Shown here: in pieces, positions 9,122 to 18,173 of the stretch | Layout: every line of letters begins with the position of its first letter | Numbering within the stretch: position 1 is the stretch's first letter | IMG/VR virus record: IMGVR_UViG_3300047553_000365 | Span: 64,001 to 128,000 of that record | Direction: 5' to 3' (one strand) | From: a virus | DNA: 64,000 nucleotides | Position numbers and translations under genes: made by a program | Notes under the pieces: model-generated | Database searches by the model: none | What the model saw: only the letters and a program-made list of their open reading frames with translations | What the model was told of the DNA's origin: nothing

Positions 9122-9613
9122 CTATTGGTTAATCCATTCGGGTTTGTTTTGTTTCCAGTTATGAAGATGTTTCTTATCGTGGATATAGTAAAGACGATAA
9201 CAATGCACAGGATCAGATTCATCAAAGTCAGGCATAGTGCGACAAATAGAATCTTGACTAATAGCAATGGCAAACTTGGTAAGACCCTGTGTAGGGAATG
9301 TAAGCTTGTTCATATTGAGAACACACCAATCTAAAACATCTTGGCTTTTGTGACGCTTACCATATCGTGCAGTATATTCATGAAAGGTAGCATAAGAATG
9401 CCTAATAAGCCAGAGCATATTTTCTTTAGACTCACGCACCCAAATAGAACTAGGATGATTCTGGTGAGACTTTTTATAAGGCGCATCAATACCTTGTAAT
9501 TGAAATGCGGTGCATAAGAGTTGTGTATGCTCTAAGCCCATCTTACTAATATGACGATCAACTTGCCATTGTGCAGATTGCACAGGATCATTAGATAGGC
9601 AGAAAATGTTCAT
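9122..9613 (-). CDS. Pyrimidine dimer DNA glycosylase / endonuclease V-like
   Basis: MNIF.L..DP..SAQ...D.H..KM.LE..QLLCTA, HQNHPSSIWVRES and YRLYY motifs. Confidence 0.75.
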   Translation of the reverse strand: MNIFCLSNDPVQSAQWQVDRHISKMGLEHTQLLCTAFQLQGIDAPYKKSHQNHPSSIWVRESKENMLWLIRHSYATFHEYTARYGKRHKSQDVLDWCVLNMNKLTFPTQGLTKFAIAISQDSICRTMPDFDESDPVHCYRLYYIHDKKHLHNWKQNKPEWINQ

Positions 9614-9628
9614 GGCCCTATCATACCC

Positions 9629-9640
9629 CGGTTTTAATTA
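9629..9640 (-). promoter_or_regulatory. Early promoter motif copy 5 (-ggg-TATGAT-6 nt-ATG)
   Basis: Exact 12-mer. Confidence 0.75.
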
Positions 9641-9654
9641 AACCTTTTTAATGG

Positions 9655-9688
9655 GAGAAACTATAATGTTACTGGCATCATAGTTCTC
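9655..9688 (-). terminator. Imperfect stem-loop, possible terminator upstream of promoter copy 5
   Basis: gagaactatgatg / cattatagtttctc pairing (one bulge, one G-U) in the intergenic gap. Confidence 0.45.
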
Positions 9689-9706
9689 GATTCAATCACT
9701 TCAAGT

Positions 9707-9937
9707 TTAGTAAGAAGTGATTCGGCTGTTGCGAATTTCGCAAGTAAGATCACGGGTATCAACATTAACCCATTCTCCACCGTGTTGATTCTTACGAATA
9801 AGAACCTTTGATTCTCCACCCAAAAGATGGAAAGAACCGTCAGGATTGCGAACCATGCTTACTTGATAAACCTTGGGGTTTTTTCTTTGGTCACGGTTAC
9901 GCAGCCATTGCTTGTTTTTTCTGTTTGTGTTTCTCAT
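9707..9937 (-). CDS. Small basic hypothetical protein
   Basis: 76 aa ORF. Confidence 0.65.
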   Translation of the reverse strand: MRNTNRKNKQWLRNRDQRKNPKVYQVSMVRNPDGSFHLLGGESKVLIRKNQHGGEWVNVDTRDLTCEIRNSRITSY

Positions 9938-9941
9938 ATGT

Positions 9942-10184
9942 TTATTTTTGTTTTTTTATATAACCTTCTGCTATTAATAGATCATCTACAGAATCTAGAA
10001 AACTTTCTACATTAATATCTATTAATAAGTTTTCCAATAAAGAATCAAGTCTGTCTAATTCTTTTTCGTATTTTTTCTTATCAACAGGATTGTCAATAGA
10101 TTCTATTTCTATAGCTATCTGGTTAAGTCTTTCTTTTACTGATTCAATTTGACTATCAATACGGTTCCAATCTTCTTGTCCCAT
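9942..10184 (-). CDS. Acidic coiled-coil hypothetical protein
   Basis: 80 aa ORF. Confidence 0.65.
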   Translation of the reverse strand: MGQEDWNRIDSQIESVKERLNQIAIEIESIDNPVDKKKYEKELDRLDSLLENLLIDINVESFLDSVDDLLIAEGYIKKQK

Positions 10185-10187
10185 GTA

Positions 10188-10850
10188 TTAATTAGTCCGC
10201 TCATCGTGATGGTCAATCATTTCTGTGTCTTTTGTTGACATAATATCTTGAATATCATCGAACGACCATATCTTACCATAATCTATTCCAACGTCAAGTC
10301 CTTTTCCTAAAGGAAATTCAGGTCTACGTTGAGGATCATTTAAATGACTATGGCCAGATAAGTTCCAAGCCCCCCTATGACTCTTATGAAAGATTCGATA
10401 AGGAAAGTGATTAAGAATTACCATCTGCTTACCAACGTGTATTTCCAGATGATTACCCATAAATTCCACATTGGCAATTCTTAAGGGATAAACTTCAATA
10501 TCATCCCTACCAAATTGTTTTAATACTTCAGTCTTATAAATACGATACATATTAGATTCATGGTTTCCCCACAAATATCTAATAGTTCTACATTTAATAG
10601 ACTTCAGCCATGACATACAGAGTTCGTCCGTAGCATTTAAAAATCCGTCTCCAAGAAAGTAAAGAATACCATCTTCAGGAACAGTATTATTAATCATGAC
10701 CAACATCTTCTCTGCGGAATCCTGTGCGTTTAAATGTCCACGGGTTTCCCAGATTGGAGTAGGCCAATTAGGATTATGATAGGCATGAAAGTCACTACTA
10801 AAGTATAACTTACTCTTTTCTTCCCACTTGTGTTTTATTATTCGATACAT
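10188..10850 (-). CDS. Calcineurin-like metallophosphoesterase
   Basis: SSDFHAYH, YFLGD, WGNHE, LNHFPY and GHSH motifs. Confidence 0.88.
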   Translation of the reverse strand: MYRIIKHKWEEKSKLYFSSDFHAYHNPNWPTPIWETRGHLNAQDSAEKMLVMINNTVPEDGILYFLGDGFLNATDELCMSWLKSIKCRTIRYLWGNHESNMYRIYKTEVLKQFGRDDIEVYPLRIANVEFMGNHLEIHVGKQMVILNHFPYRIFHKSHRGAWNLSGHSHLNDPQRRPEFPLGKGLDVGIDYGKIWSFDDIQDIMSTKDTEMIDHHDERTN

Positions 10851-11082
10851 GTTCTTTTAAGTATTCTACGATATCATCTGTTCCTGTCAGTCTACCAGTA
10901 ATCTCTCCATTGTCAAATGTAATTAGAACGGGGGTAGACTTAACATTTCGCTTTTTAAATTCCTTGGGGTTGTCCTTGGAGTTAAAGTATTCCACTTCAA
11001 GGTTGTTCTGTTCCAGCTTTCTTTTTAATACAAATCCTAAGCCCTCCCAAATATTTAAAAATAATATATAATCATTTTTCAT
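10810..11082 (-). CDS. Thioredoxin/glutaredoxin-fold protein lacking CxxC
   Basis: NVKSTPVLITFDNGEITGRLTG matches the thioredoxin C-terminal half; the protein contains no cysteine. Confidence 0.55.
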   Translation of the reverse strand: MKNDYILFLNIWEGLGFVLKRKLEQNNLEVEYFNSKDNPKEFKKRNVKSTPVLITFDNGEITGRLTGTDDIVEYLKEHVSNNKTQVGRKE

Positions 11083-11089
11083 ATATTAA

Positions 11090-11356
11090 TCAACATCTGG
11101 GGGTGCATCTCTTACAAGGACAGGAGATGAAGTGAATACAGGATTGTTTAGTTACCTTATCTACACCAGTCCCATTACAACGCTCACATTGTTTATGTAA
11201 ACAATCATTATCTTCATTACTATTTGTCCAAAGAGGTTTGAAATCTTCGAAAGGATCTATCTTATTATCACTTCTCACAAATTCTGAAAAAGTGATTTCT
11301 CCCCTTCCTATAACTTCACTGAGTTTAGGTAATTTATCTTTATCTATATCATTCAT
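11090..11356 (-). CDS. Hypothetical protein with Cys-rich (Zn-binding?) C-terminus
   Basis: CLHKQCERCNGTG...CIHFISCPCKRC. Confidence 0.65.
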   Translation of the reverse strand: MNDIDKDKLPKLSEVIGRGEITFSEFVRSDNKIDPFEDFKPLWTNSNEDNDCLHKQCERCNGTGVDKVTKQSCIHFISCPCKRCTPRC

Positions 11357-12435
11357 ATATTAAGTTTGTTTTCCATATATTTTTGAACGAGCTTATCATC
11401 AATGAAGGCTTTGTCAAGCATAGTAAATGCCATGCTTTTCTCTATTCCAGTTCGGAATCTAGTTTGAATTGCTATGGCTTGATCCTTACGAGTATCTAGC
11501 TTCTTTATGTAAGTATCCAACTCATATTCGATATCTTCAACATCCTTACGAAAGTCATTAAAGGCATTCACAACATCTTGCATATAGTCCTTACACTTCT
11601 CTGCAATTTCGTGATCCATAGTATCTTCCACATACTTATAGAATTCGTCATAAGTAGTAGGACGATGAGATTCCATGAAAACACCAAGAACTTGCTTTAC
11701 CCCCTTAACACCAGTAGCAAGAGCATGAAGAGACAAATACCAATCTGCTTTACACTTACGAAGATATTGACCACATTCTGAATACAATACAACACCTTCC
11801 TTACCTTCCCACATCTTTACATCTTCAATACAGTCATGTATAGAATCAAACTCATAACGCTTAGGACGATTCATATACCATGTATCGGCCAATACATCCA
11901 AATAAGATTGAGAAGTCAATTCACCAGTTTCATTGTTTATGATGCCGATAAGTGACAGAGTAGGTTCCTTAGCATTGTTAATAACAATGACATTACTAGG
12001 AGTAGTCCATTCGGTAAGAATCGAATAGTAGTCAGAAAACAGAAAAAGATTGTTTACGAATTTAGAATACTTCTTCTTAAGAAATTCTATTTCCTTACCA
12101 TTTACCATCTGTTCTGCATTAACAGTTCCACGGGTTCTGTGTATGATTTCTTCATTGTGGCATCCCCAGATAAGCAGAGAACCATCCATCTTTTCAATTG
12201 CAGTAAATCCCCCATTGGGAAACTTATTCAAATCAGGCTTTTCAGACCAGTTAAAGAACTTATTAAATCCACGGGAAATAACCTTATGATCGGACTTACG
12301 CACAATCATAGAACGAAACTTAAGATTGTCTTCAGTCCAAGTGCAACGAATATCATTAGGAGTAATAAGGACACAATCATCCCCTCCTATGACACAATCT
12401 TTAAAGTTGAAATTTTCTGTATCGGGCAAATTCAT
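11353..12435 (-). CDS. RNA ligase, T4 Rnl1-like
   Basis: ISRGFNKFFN, AIEKMDGSL (adenylation motif I), EGVVL and KCKADWY motifs. Confidence 0.85.
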   Translation of the reverse strand: MNLPDTENFNFKDCVIGGDDCVLITPNDIRCTWTEDNLKFRSMIVRKSDHKVISRGFNKFFNWSEKPDLNKFPNGGFTAIEKMDGSLLIWGCHNEEIIHRTRGTVNAEQMVNGKEIEFLKKKYSKFVNNLFLFSDYYSILTEWTTPSNVIVINNAKEPTLSLIGIINNETGELTSQSYLDVLADTWYMNRPKRYEFDSIHDCIEDVKMWEGKEGVVLYSECGQYLRKCKADWYLSLHALATGVKGVKQVLGVFMESHRPTTYDEFYKYVEDTMDHEIAEKCKDYMQDVVNAFNDFRKDVEDIEYELDTYIKKLDTRKDQAIAIQTRFRTGIEKSMAFTMLDKAFIDDKLVQKYMENKLNI

Positions 12436-12450
12436 GTAAGCATAGTAAGT

Positions 12451-12462
12451 CGGTTTTAATTA
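12451..12462 (-). promoter_or_regulatory. Early promoter motif copy 6 (-act-TACTAT-6 nt-ATG of RNA ligase)
   Basis: Exact 12-mer. Confidence 0.75.
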
Positions 12463-12463
12463 C

Positions 12464-12784
12464 TTATTCCCAAAGTCCCATTACTAGACCATAAGCTTCT
12501 GCCCTAGTAGATGCATTACACATCCACCAGTAGGAACATCCTTGATATCCAACAGCCCTTAGATAAAGATATTCTATCTTTTCTTGATACTCTTCAACCA
12601 ATTCTTCTTCGTTCCACATTGTTAATTCTAATTTTCTCATGGAATCAAGACTTTTAAAATAGTTGGGAGGTATAACTCTCTTCTCTCCATTAGGGGTAGT
12701 TCCTCTTAAACAGAATTCTCCCCGTTTAAGTTCAGTCCATCCTAGATGTTCTAGAATCTTAATTCTCTTTTCCTCCGTAGTCAT
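12464..12784 (-). CDS. Hypothetical protein
   Basis: Start reassigned to ATG 12784 (MTTEEK) to avoid overlap. Confidence 0.65.
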   Translation of the reverse strand: MTTEEKRIKILEHLGWTELKRGEFCLRGTTPNGEKRVIPPNYFKSLDSMRKLELTMWNEEELVEEYQEKIEYLYLRAVGYQGCSYWWMCNASTRAEAYGLVMGLWE

Positions 12785-12786
12785 AA

Positions 12787-12981
12787 TCAATTTATTTGAT
12801 ATATAGTAGTATTTGTAATCCAATAGGCGGAATGATAACTCTTTTTCCAAAGTTTTTTGGCCTTATTCTCTGCGGATTTTTCTGTCTTGGCGGATACATA
12901 ATACTCCGACCACCCATCACAAAGATCATATCCATTATACGATTCGTGATATGTTAAAAATTTAACTGTCCAATTTTTCAT
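12787..12981 (-). CDS. Hypothetical protein
   Basis: 64 aa; ATGA overlap with the upstream gene. Confidence 0.6.
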   Translation of the reverse strand: MKNWTVKFLTYHESYNGYDLCDGWSEYYVSAKTEKSAENKAKKLWKKSYHSAYWITNTTIYQIN

Positions 12982-13418
12982 AGTAGTGGTAAGCGGTCGG
13001 TTACTCCCTCAAATTTATTATCCCAATGTGGACCGATTGCAATACAAGTTTTAGTAGTTACTCCATTAAATTCAGTAGCACCATTATCTTCAACCATATG
13101 AACAATTAAACCAGCATCAAGGGCTTTCTGATAAACAGCAACCAGTTCTTCTTCGCTTTCTACATAGACACAGATTTTACGAAAAGAGTTTCTAAGCCAA
13201 TGAGAAATTTCATCAACATAAATATCTGAAACAAAATCTGTGGAGAAAAAAAATGCTTTGGAACACCAAGGGGATTCGCCATCATCGTCTATAATTTCGG
13301 AATCAAGACGCATTCTCTTAGTCAAAAATGCCATAGACGCATGACAGGATTGTGCTGCAAGCTTGCCCTTACGCATATTCAAATCCTTACGGATAACTAT
13401 GATTTGTTTAGTATTCAT
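12978..13418 (-). CDS. pth2: Peptidyl-tRNA hydrolase, Pth2 family
   Basis: KQIIVIRKDLNMRKGKLAAQSCHAS, RKICVYV, VEDNGATEF and TCIAIGP...VTDRLPLL motifs. Confidence 0.92.
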   Translation of the reverse strand: MNTKQIIVIRKDLNMRKGKLAAQSCHASMAFLTKRMRLDSEIIDDDGESPWCSKAFFFSTDFVSDIYVDEISHWLRNSFRKICVYVESEEELVAVYQKALDAGLIVHMVEDNGATEFNGVTTKTCIAIGPHWDNKFEGVTDRLPLL

Positions 13419-13624
13419 TCCCAAGAAATGGTAATAGGTTTCACATGAAGATCCTCAATTTTTAAATTTTTTGTAATTCTATATTTTGCTCCTGCTGCTT
13501 CATTAGGATCTTTATAAAGATCATTAAGATCAAGCTTATCAGAAAACCACCAGCTACTACGAACACTATAAAAGAATTCTCCCCCAGAATTTGCTAGTGC
13601 ATAATATACAATTTTCTTTTTCAT
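13415..13624 (-). CDS. Hypothetical protein
   Basis: 69 aa, coupled by ATGA overlaps. Confidence 0.6.
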   Translation of the reverse strand: MKKKIVYYALANSGGEFFYSVRSSWWFSDKLDLNDLYKDPNEAAGAKYRITKNLKIEDLHVKPITISWE

Positions 13625-14238
13625 TTTCCTTTAATTCTATCGTGCTTATCACAATCATCAAGTCTAGCAGAAAGATTATCTGCCAAATGTAATACCCATG
13701 CTTCCTTAGTAGCAGGAGCCACAGGACTACCCCATTCTCTCATACCATGATGAGATAAAATATTATGAGTTACGTTTTCAATTCTAAAAGGAAATACCGT
13801 ATCTTCATATATAGGATTGTTAATAATTCTATCAACATGTCTTTCCCACTCAATTGCGGATCTTGAAATATGATGAATTGTTCTAGCATGATTATCATGT
13901 TTCCCCCACACTCCATCATCATCCTTTTGATAATCCCAGAGTTTACCAAAATCATGCCAAATAACACTAACAAAAACTTCGACTTGATCGAAATGATTAT
14001 CATCCCCATAACTTTTATGAGTTGCCCATATACTTCTGGCTAACATCCAAACTTCATAAGTATGTTTAAGTAATCCCCCATCACCATAATGATGATGTTC
14101 AGGTTTACCTGCACCAGACCAAATTCTAAAGTCTTCATCATTTAAGACTTTATTTACAAAAATCTCCACCCCATAAACTCTGGCCTGATTTTTCAATTCT
14201 TTAATGTAATCTATATTCATATTATTTTTTTTCCTCAT
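13621..14238 (-). CDS. HD-domain phosphohydrolase, YhaM-like without OB fold
   Basis: HHHYGDGGLLKHTYEV, WHDFGK and ILSHHG..EWGSPVAPATKEAWVLHLADNLSA motifs. Confidence 0.85.
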   Translation of the reverse strand: MRKKNNMNIDYIKELKNQARVYGVEIFVNKVLNDEDFRIWSGAGKPEHHHYGDGGLLKHTYEVWMLARSIWATHKSYGDDNHFDQVEVFVSVIWHDFGKLWDYQKDDDGVWGKHDNHARTIHHISRSAIEWERHVDRIINNPIYEDTVFPFRIENVTHNILSHHGMREWGSPVAPATKEAWVLHLADNLSARLDDCDKHDRIKGK

Positions 14239-14422
14239 CTAGTGTCCAGTAATATTCCACGGTAGTTCTATTTGATTCAAACACAAATGGAGACTCCACA
14301 CATTTCAAACGAATAAAATCTTTCTTAAGATCAACATACTCTAACATCGCTTTAATCCCTTCAAGTTTATGAGTATATATTCTACCCATAATTAGAGGCA
14401 TTGTATATAAATAGAAATTCAT
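14222..14422 (-). CDS. Hypothetical protein
   Basis: Start reassigned to ATG 14422 to remove a 68-nt overlap. Confidence 0.55.
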   Translation of the reverse strand: MNFYLYTMPLIMGRIYTHKLEGIKAMLEYVDLKKDFIRLKCVESPFVFESNRTTVEYYWTLDEEKK

Positions 14423-14429
14423 ATTCAAA

Positions 14430-14726
14430 TTAATAAAAATACTTATCTTGGTCAAGCTGTTCTTGAATATAAGATGCTCTTTTAAGAATACCTCCAACAG
14501 CGTTTTTTAATTCTTCTTCCGATGGGTCTGTAATATTTGATGCAATAGGTTTTTTTATCTTATCATACTCAAGATCCAACCATTCTGATAAAGCTAAAGA
14601 CTCTGAATATTTCATATTACCATCCTTTTCAAAAGTGAATCCAATGGATTTAAGAAAATCCATTCTCTGATAATATTTTTCGCAATCAGATTCTTTCCAA
14701 ATTTTTATAAAATCTTTTTTATTCAT
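14430..14726 (-). CDS. Hypothetical protein
   Basis: 98 aa ORF. Confidence 0.65.
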   Translation of the reverse strand: MNKKDFIKIWKESDCEKYYQRMDFLKSIGFTFEKDGNMKYSESLALSEWLDLEYDKIKKPIASNITDPSEEELKNAVGGILKRASYIQEQLDQDKYFY

Positions 14727-14740
14727 TGGTTTGTTATGTT

Positions 14741-15091
14741 TTACTTTAGTAAGAAATAGGTTCCAAACAGAGTAGCATAGTGAATTAATTGGTCAATACC
14801 CACACAATCCCAGAATTGCTTATTAGGATAGTGTTTAGCATTGTATCGGGAAGTAATAGCATCCGTAAGAAAGTGTAAAATGGTATTAGATTGCACCCAG
14901 ATCAACGCACAGACGATTGAAGCAAATGGTAGGATAAGTCCCGCAATAGCCAATCCAGCAAGGTATACAAGGACATGGACGCTTAATGCATTCCAGTTCT
15001 TACTCTTGTTTTCTGCCATCCATCTAGTCTGCAAAAGCCAATCAAAGGTGGTATGCATTGCCAGTATTGTTAATATTTGTAAGTATGTCAT
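14741..15091 (-). CDS. DUF3307-like membrane protein
   Basis: LAMHTTFDWLLQT.WMA..K, LSVHVLVY, HFLTD and GIDQLIH motifs. Confidence 0.75.
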   Translation of the reverse strand: MTYLQILTILAMHTTFDWLLQTRWMAENKSKNWNALSVHVLVYLAGLAIAGLILPFASIVCALIWVQSNTILHFLTDAITSRYNAKHYPNKQFWDCVGIDQLIHYATLFGTYFLLK

Positions 15092-15291
15092 AATGTTTTG
15101 TTTAATAGGTTAGTAACTTCATCTTTCATTGAGATTAAATTTTCTAATGCGTTGGTTAAGGCTTCTTCATCAGACATTCCTTCTCCAATAATCATAAACC
15201 CATCATGATGTTTTTCATCATATTCCTGTCCCTTTATAATAACTTGTCTTGTGCCACAAGGCCATCCTATCAATGCAATTTTGTTATTCAT
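15088..15291 (-). CDS. Hypothetical protein
   Basis: 67 aa, ATGA-coupled. Confidence 0.6.
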   Translation of the reverse strand: MNNKIALIGWPCGTRQVIIKGQEYDEKHHDGFMIIGEGMSDEEALTNALENLISMKDEVTNLLNKTL

Positions 15292-15734
15292 GGGTTTAAG
15301 AGTTCGGGATTTTCAAAAATGTTGCCAACAACTTCATACCGACCCATTGTTTGATTCAGTGGATACTGTTCTTGAAAGATAGATCCCAAAATAGAATGAT
15401 TTAATTCATGTAAGTGATAAGAGGGGGAGTGCATTTTATTTAAAGAAACTGCTACAGCAAATCCAACTTCTTCGTATTTAGACCAAACAACCAATTGAGG
15501 ATTTCCCCAATCTTCATCTGATGTTTCGTTAATAATCAAGTCTCCCTCATAAATCTCTTTTCCATTTTTGTCTTTTAATCCTGTGTATTGTTGAACTATT
15601 TGATCCCTACACTCATATTCATACTTAGATTTTTCTCCAAACAATACTTCACCATCAAGAGAAATTAAGAAATCTCTGCCCGTAGACCATTCTTTTTTGG
15701 ATTCATCCCATAATCTAAATTTAAGTGTTTTCAT
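15288..15734 (-). CDS. YopX family protein
   Basis: LKFRLWD, QQYTGLKDKNGKEIYEGDL and EVVGNIFENPELL motifs. Confidence 0.9.
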   Translation of the reverse strand: MKTLKFRLWDESKKEWSTGRDFLISLDGEVLFGEKSKYEYECRDQIVQQYTGLKDKNGKEIYEGDLIINETSDEDWGNPQLVVWSKYEEVGFAVAVSLNKMHSPSYHLHELNHSILGSIFQEQYPLNQTMGRYEVVGNIFENPELLNP

Positions 15735-16162
15735 AATCCAAAATAAGGAGTATTTTCTACTTGTTTTAAAATTTGAAGCTCTCTTTGGGCTTCCTCTTCC
15801 AACATATCAGGAGTCTCAAAAATGTTACCAACTACTTCATCACCACCGGGAATATAAAATCCTCCAATTTCATCAGATTCAATATTTTTTCCCATTTCAT
15901 ATGTAGGATCTTCTTTGGAGTATCTTACCACTCTAATAGACCAATCCCAAACACCACGACCATAGTGTATATAGCTCTTAACAAGATCCCCCTCATATAC
16001 AGGAACCCCTTTAATATCTTTAAATCCAATATACTGTTGAATAGTTAGACCCTTAACATTAGCAAAGAACCACCCCAATCTATTCCTTCCTTCTGTAGTA
16101 AAGGAATAGATAAATTTATTTTCCTTGGGATTCCAAGCTCTGAATTTAAGTTCTTTACTCAT
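15731..16162 (-). CDS. YopX family protein
   Basis: LKFRAWN, QQYIGFKDIKGVPVYEGDL and EVVGNIFETPD motifs. Confidence 0.88.
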   Translation of the reverse strand: MSKELKFRAWNPKENKFIYSFTTEGRNRLGWFFANVKGLTIQQYIGFKDIKGVPVYEGDLVKSYIHYGRGVWDWSIRVVRYSKEDPTYEMGKNIESDEIGGFYIPGGDEVVGNIFETPDMLEEEAQRELQILKQVENTPYFGL

Positions 16163-17241
16163 TATCTTACAGCAGCAGGAATATAGTTAAGGTTTGCAGT
16201 AGACAGATTTTGAACCTTAGTAGATGCATAGAGAGAAAGATCGGAAATAGTGTGTGCATATCTACGATAATCCAATGCGCTATCTGCTTCAATCTTAGTC
16301 TTTCTGTGTTTAATTCTAGCATTAGTAAAACGACCATCCCATGCATAAGTTTCATCATCTCCCGTATTAGACAGATAATTGAACTTGGTCTTATTCAAAA
16401 GGTGTCCGTTATTATGGTGCAAGTCGAGAACTTTGTCAACCCATAATTCCTTTTCCTTGGCATTTCTAGGATGTTGAAACAGGAATTCCGTAGCATCCCC
16501 CCAAAGCTTACCACCATAAGCCTCATCCCAACAAAATTCTCTATAACCATAGAAAATATCAGAAATAAGCTTGTTAGTAATATCTTCAGGTCTTTTACCT
16601 TTTTCAAGGTAAACTCGCAATGCTCCACTATCATACAAATGAAGACAATCCTTAGATACGGACTTAATACGAGTATACATACCTTTGGGATATTGCTTAC
16701 TCTCATGCAGCATAGCTTGGTCATTGAAGTGTCTAAACTCACGAATGACAGAGTATTCCAATGCTCTACGAACTTCATTATACATATCCTCCACGGTCTG
16801 TTCGTAGGTTTCCTCAATTCGTCTGACCCTATTAGAATGGTTTAACGAATTTGAACCAGCAAAGTAATTCAAAAGACTAAGGGTGTAGAAGTCGAAAAAT
16901 TTAGTAATACAATTAGGAAGCTTTTCAGGTTGAAAATTATCCTCTTCATCCCATTCATCCTCAATTTCGACAGTCCATTTAGAATCTAGCTTCTTAGCAT
17001 TCTTATTCTTACCAACCTCTACCGCCGTCACATTATACTTAACAGTGGGTTTATGCTTAATATGCTTACCACCCGCCACACTCTTCGCCTTTGGTTTTGC
17101 TTTAGTTTTCATATCTGGTTTTTCTTCGATAGGGGCATTATACCCGGTTTTAATTACTTCTTCCTTTTCTAAAAAGAATAGATTCGCTCCTGTAAGGACT
17201 TTTAACAACATTTCATCAGGTTTCGTATTCATATCATTCAT
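16162..17241 (-). CDS. Hypothetical protein; probable real start at ATG 17112 (MKTKAK)
   Basis: 359 aa ORF containing an internal early promoter copy; C-terminal WDEAYGGKLW...DKVLDLHHNNGHLLNK motif. Confidence 0.7.
   Translation of the reverse strand: MNDMNTKPDEMLLKVLTGANLFFLEKEEVIKTGYNAPIEEKPDMKTKAKPKAKSVAGGKHIKHKPTVKYNVTAVEVGKNKNAKKLDSKWTVEIEDEWDEEDNFQPEKLPNCITKFFDFYTLSLLNYFAGSNSLNHSNRVRRIEETYEQTVEDMYNEVRRALEYSVIREFRHFNDQAMLHESKQYPKGMYTRIKSVSKDCLHLYDSGALRVYLEKGKRPEDITNKLISDIFYGYREFCWDEAYGGKLWGDATEFLFQHPRNAKEKELWVDKVLDLHHNNGHLLNKTKFNYLSNTGDDETYAWDGRFTNARIKHRKTKIEADSALDYRRYAHTISDLSLYASTKVQNLSTANLNYIPAAVR
17145..17156 (-). promoter_or_regulatory. Early promoter motif copy 7 (TAATTAAAACCG-gg-TATAAT), inside an ORF
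   Basis: Exact 12-mer followed by a perfect TATAAT; 24 nt to in-frame ATG 17112. Confidence 0.7.
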
Positions 17242-17752
17242 GTTTGGTTTCTAAAAATGCTTTAACATCTTTCTCAAAGGTGCAATCAGGAAAATTAACA
17301 CCATAGTAATCATCAACCTGAAGGTAGTTACCACCCCCAAGTTTTATACCTATATACTGTAGCTTCTCAAAGTTCTTATGAATGGGAAGATTGTCAATCA
17401 GAACATTATTAGGATTTGCTAGTTTAGAGGGAATGACATAACCACCACCATAAGCACCCCGAACATAATTGTTTTGTAGGTCTTCCATTGCATGAATGGT
17501 TTGATATGTGAAATCAAATTTACCCAAAACATTTATCTCCATAGCATAGTGTCTCATGGCAGCAGTAAGGATGAACACCTTATCTTTACCAACTAATTCT
17601 CTTGCAAATCTCAATACTTCTTTCGCTTCTGGTCTTATGATAGTATAATATACTCCATCGGCCAAAACAATAGTAAAATGCTCTTGTTCAGGCTCATCAA
17701 TACTAGAATAGACCAAAGTTTCATCTAGGTCAAAAAATACATTCTCTATCAT
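17234..17752 (-). CDS. HAD-superfamily phosphatase (DxDxT, FCP1/NIF-like)
   Basis: FFDLDETLV, IRPEAKEVL, FILTAA and LIDN motifs. Confidence 0.8.
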   Translation of the reverse strand: MIENVFFDLDETLVYSSIDEPEQEHFTIVLADGVYYTIIRPEAKEVLRFARELVGKDKVFILTAAMRHYAMEINVLGKFDFTYQTIHAMEDLQNNYVRGAYGGGYVIPSKLANPNNVLIDNLPIHKNFEKLQYIGIKLGGGNYLQVDDYYGVNFPDCTFEKDVKAFLETKHE

Positions 17753-17753
17753 A

Positions 17754-18158
17754 TTACAGTTTAAGTGATTCAATAATGCTTTCCTTCTGTCTAATCAAAG
17801 TTTCTTCAGGAACATTGTGAGTATTCTTACCACCGTGACGATTTTCCATCACAATAAAATGCACAGGAATACCACGGGATCTTGCAGTAGATGCATAGAA
17901 TTCAAAGTCCTTAGTTTTAGTATTGGTATTGGCAATCACGATGTTCTCAATAGAATCATCATCCAATGCCTTAAGAAACTTATCCTTACACCAACCATGT
18001 GCCTTGGGAATGTCCTTAACATTCCAGTTATAGAAACCATAGGTTTCATAATACCAATCATCTGCGGTGCAGATAACTTTAGGATCTGCAATAAGATTGG
18101 AGAAGGTAGACTTACCGCTACCACTCACACCACGAATGATAATAACACTCTTTTTCAT
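17754..18158 (-). CDS. P-loop polynucleotide kinase-like protein (AAA_33 / N4BP2-like)
   Basis: IIIRGVSGSGKST, CTADDW, AHGWC, IANTNT and HNVPEETL motifs. Confidence 0.85.
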   Translation of the reverse strand: MKKSVIIIRGVSGSGKSTFSNLIADPKVICTADDWYYETYGFYNWNVKDIPKAHGWCKDKFLKALDDDSIENIVIANTNTKTKDFEFYASTARSRGIPVHFIVMENRHGGKNTHNVPEETLIRQKESIIESLKL

Positions 18159-18173
18159 GCGCCTATCATATCC

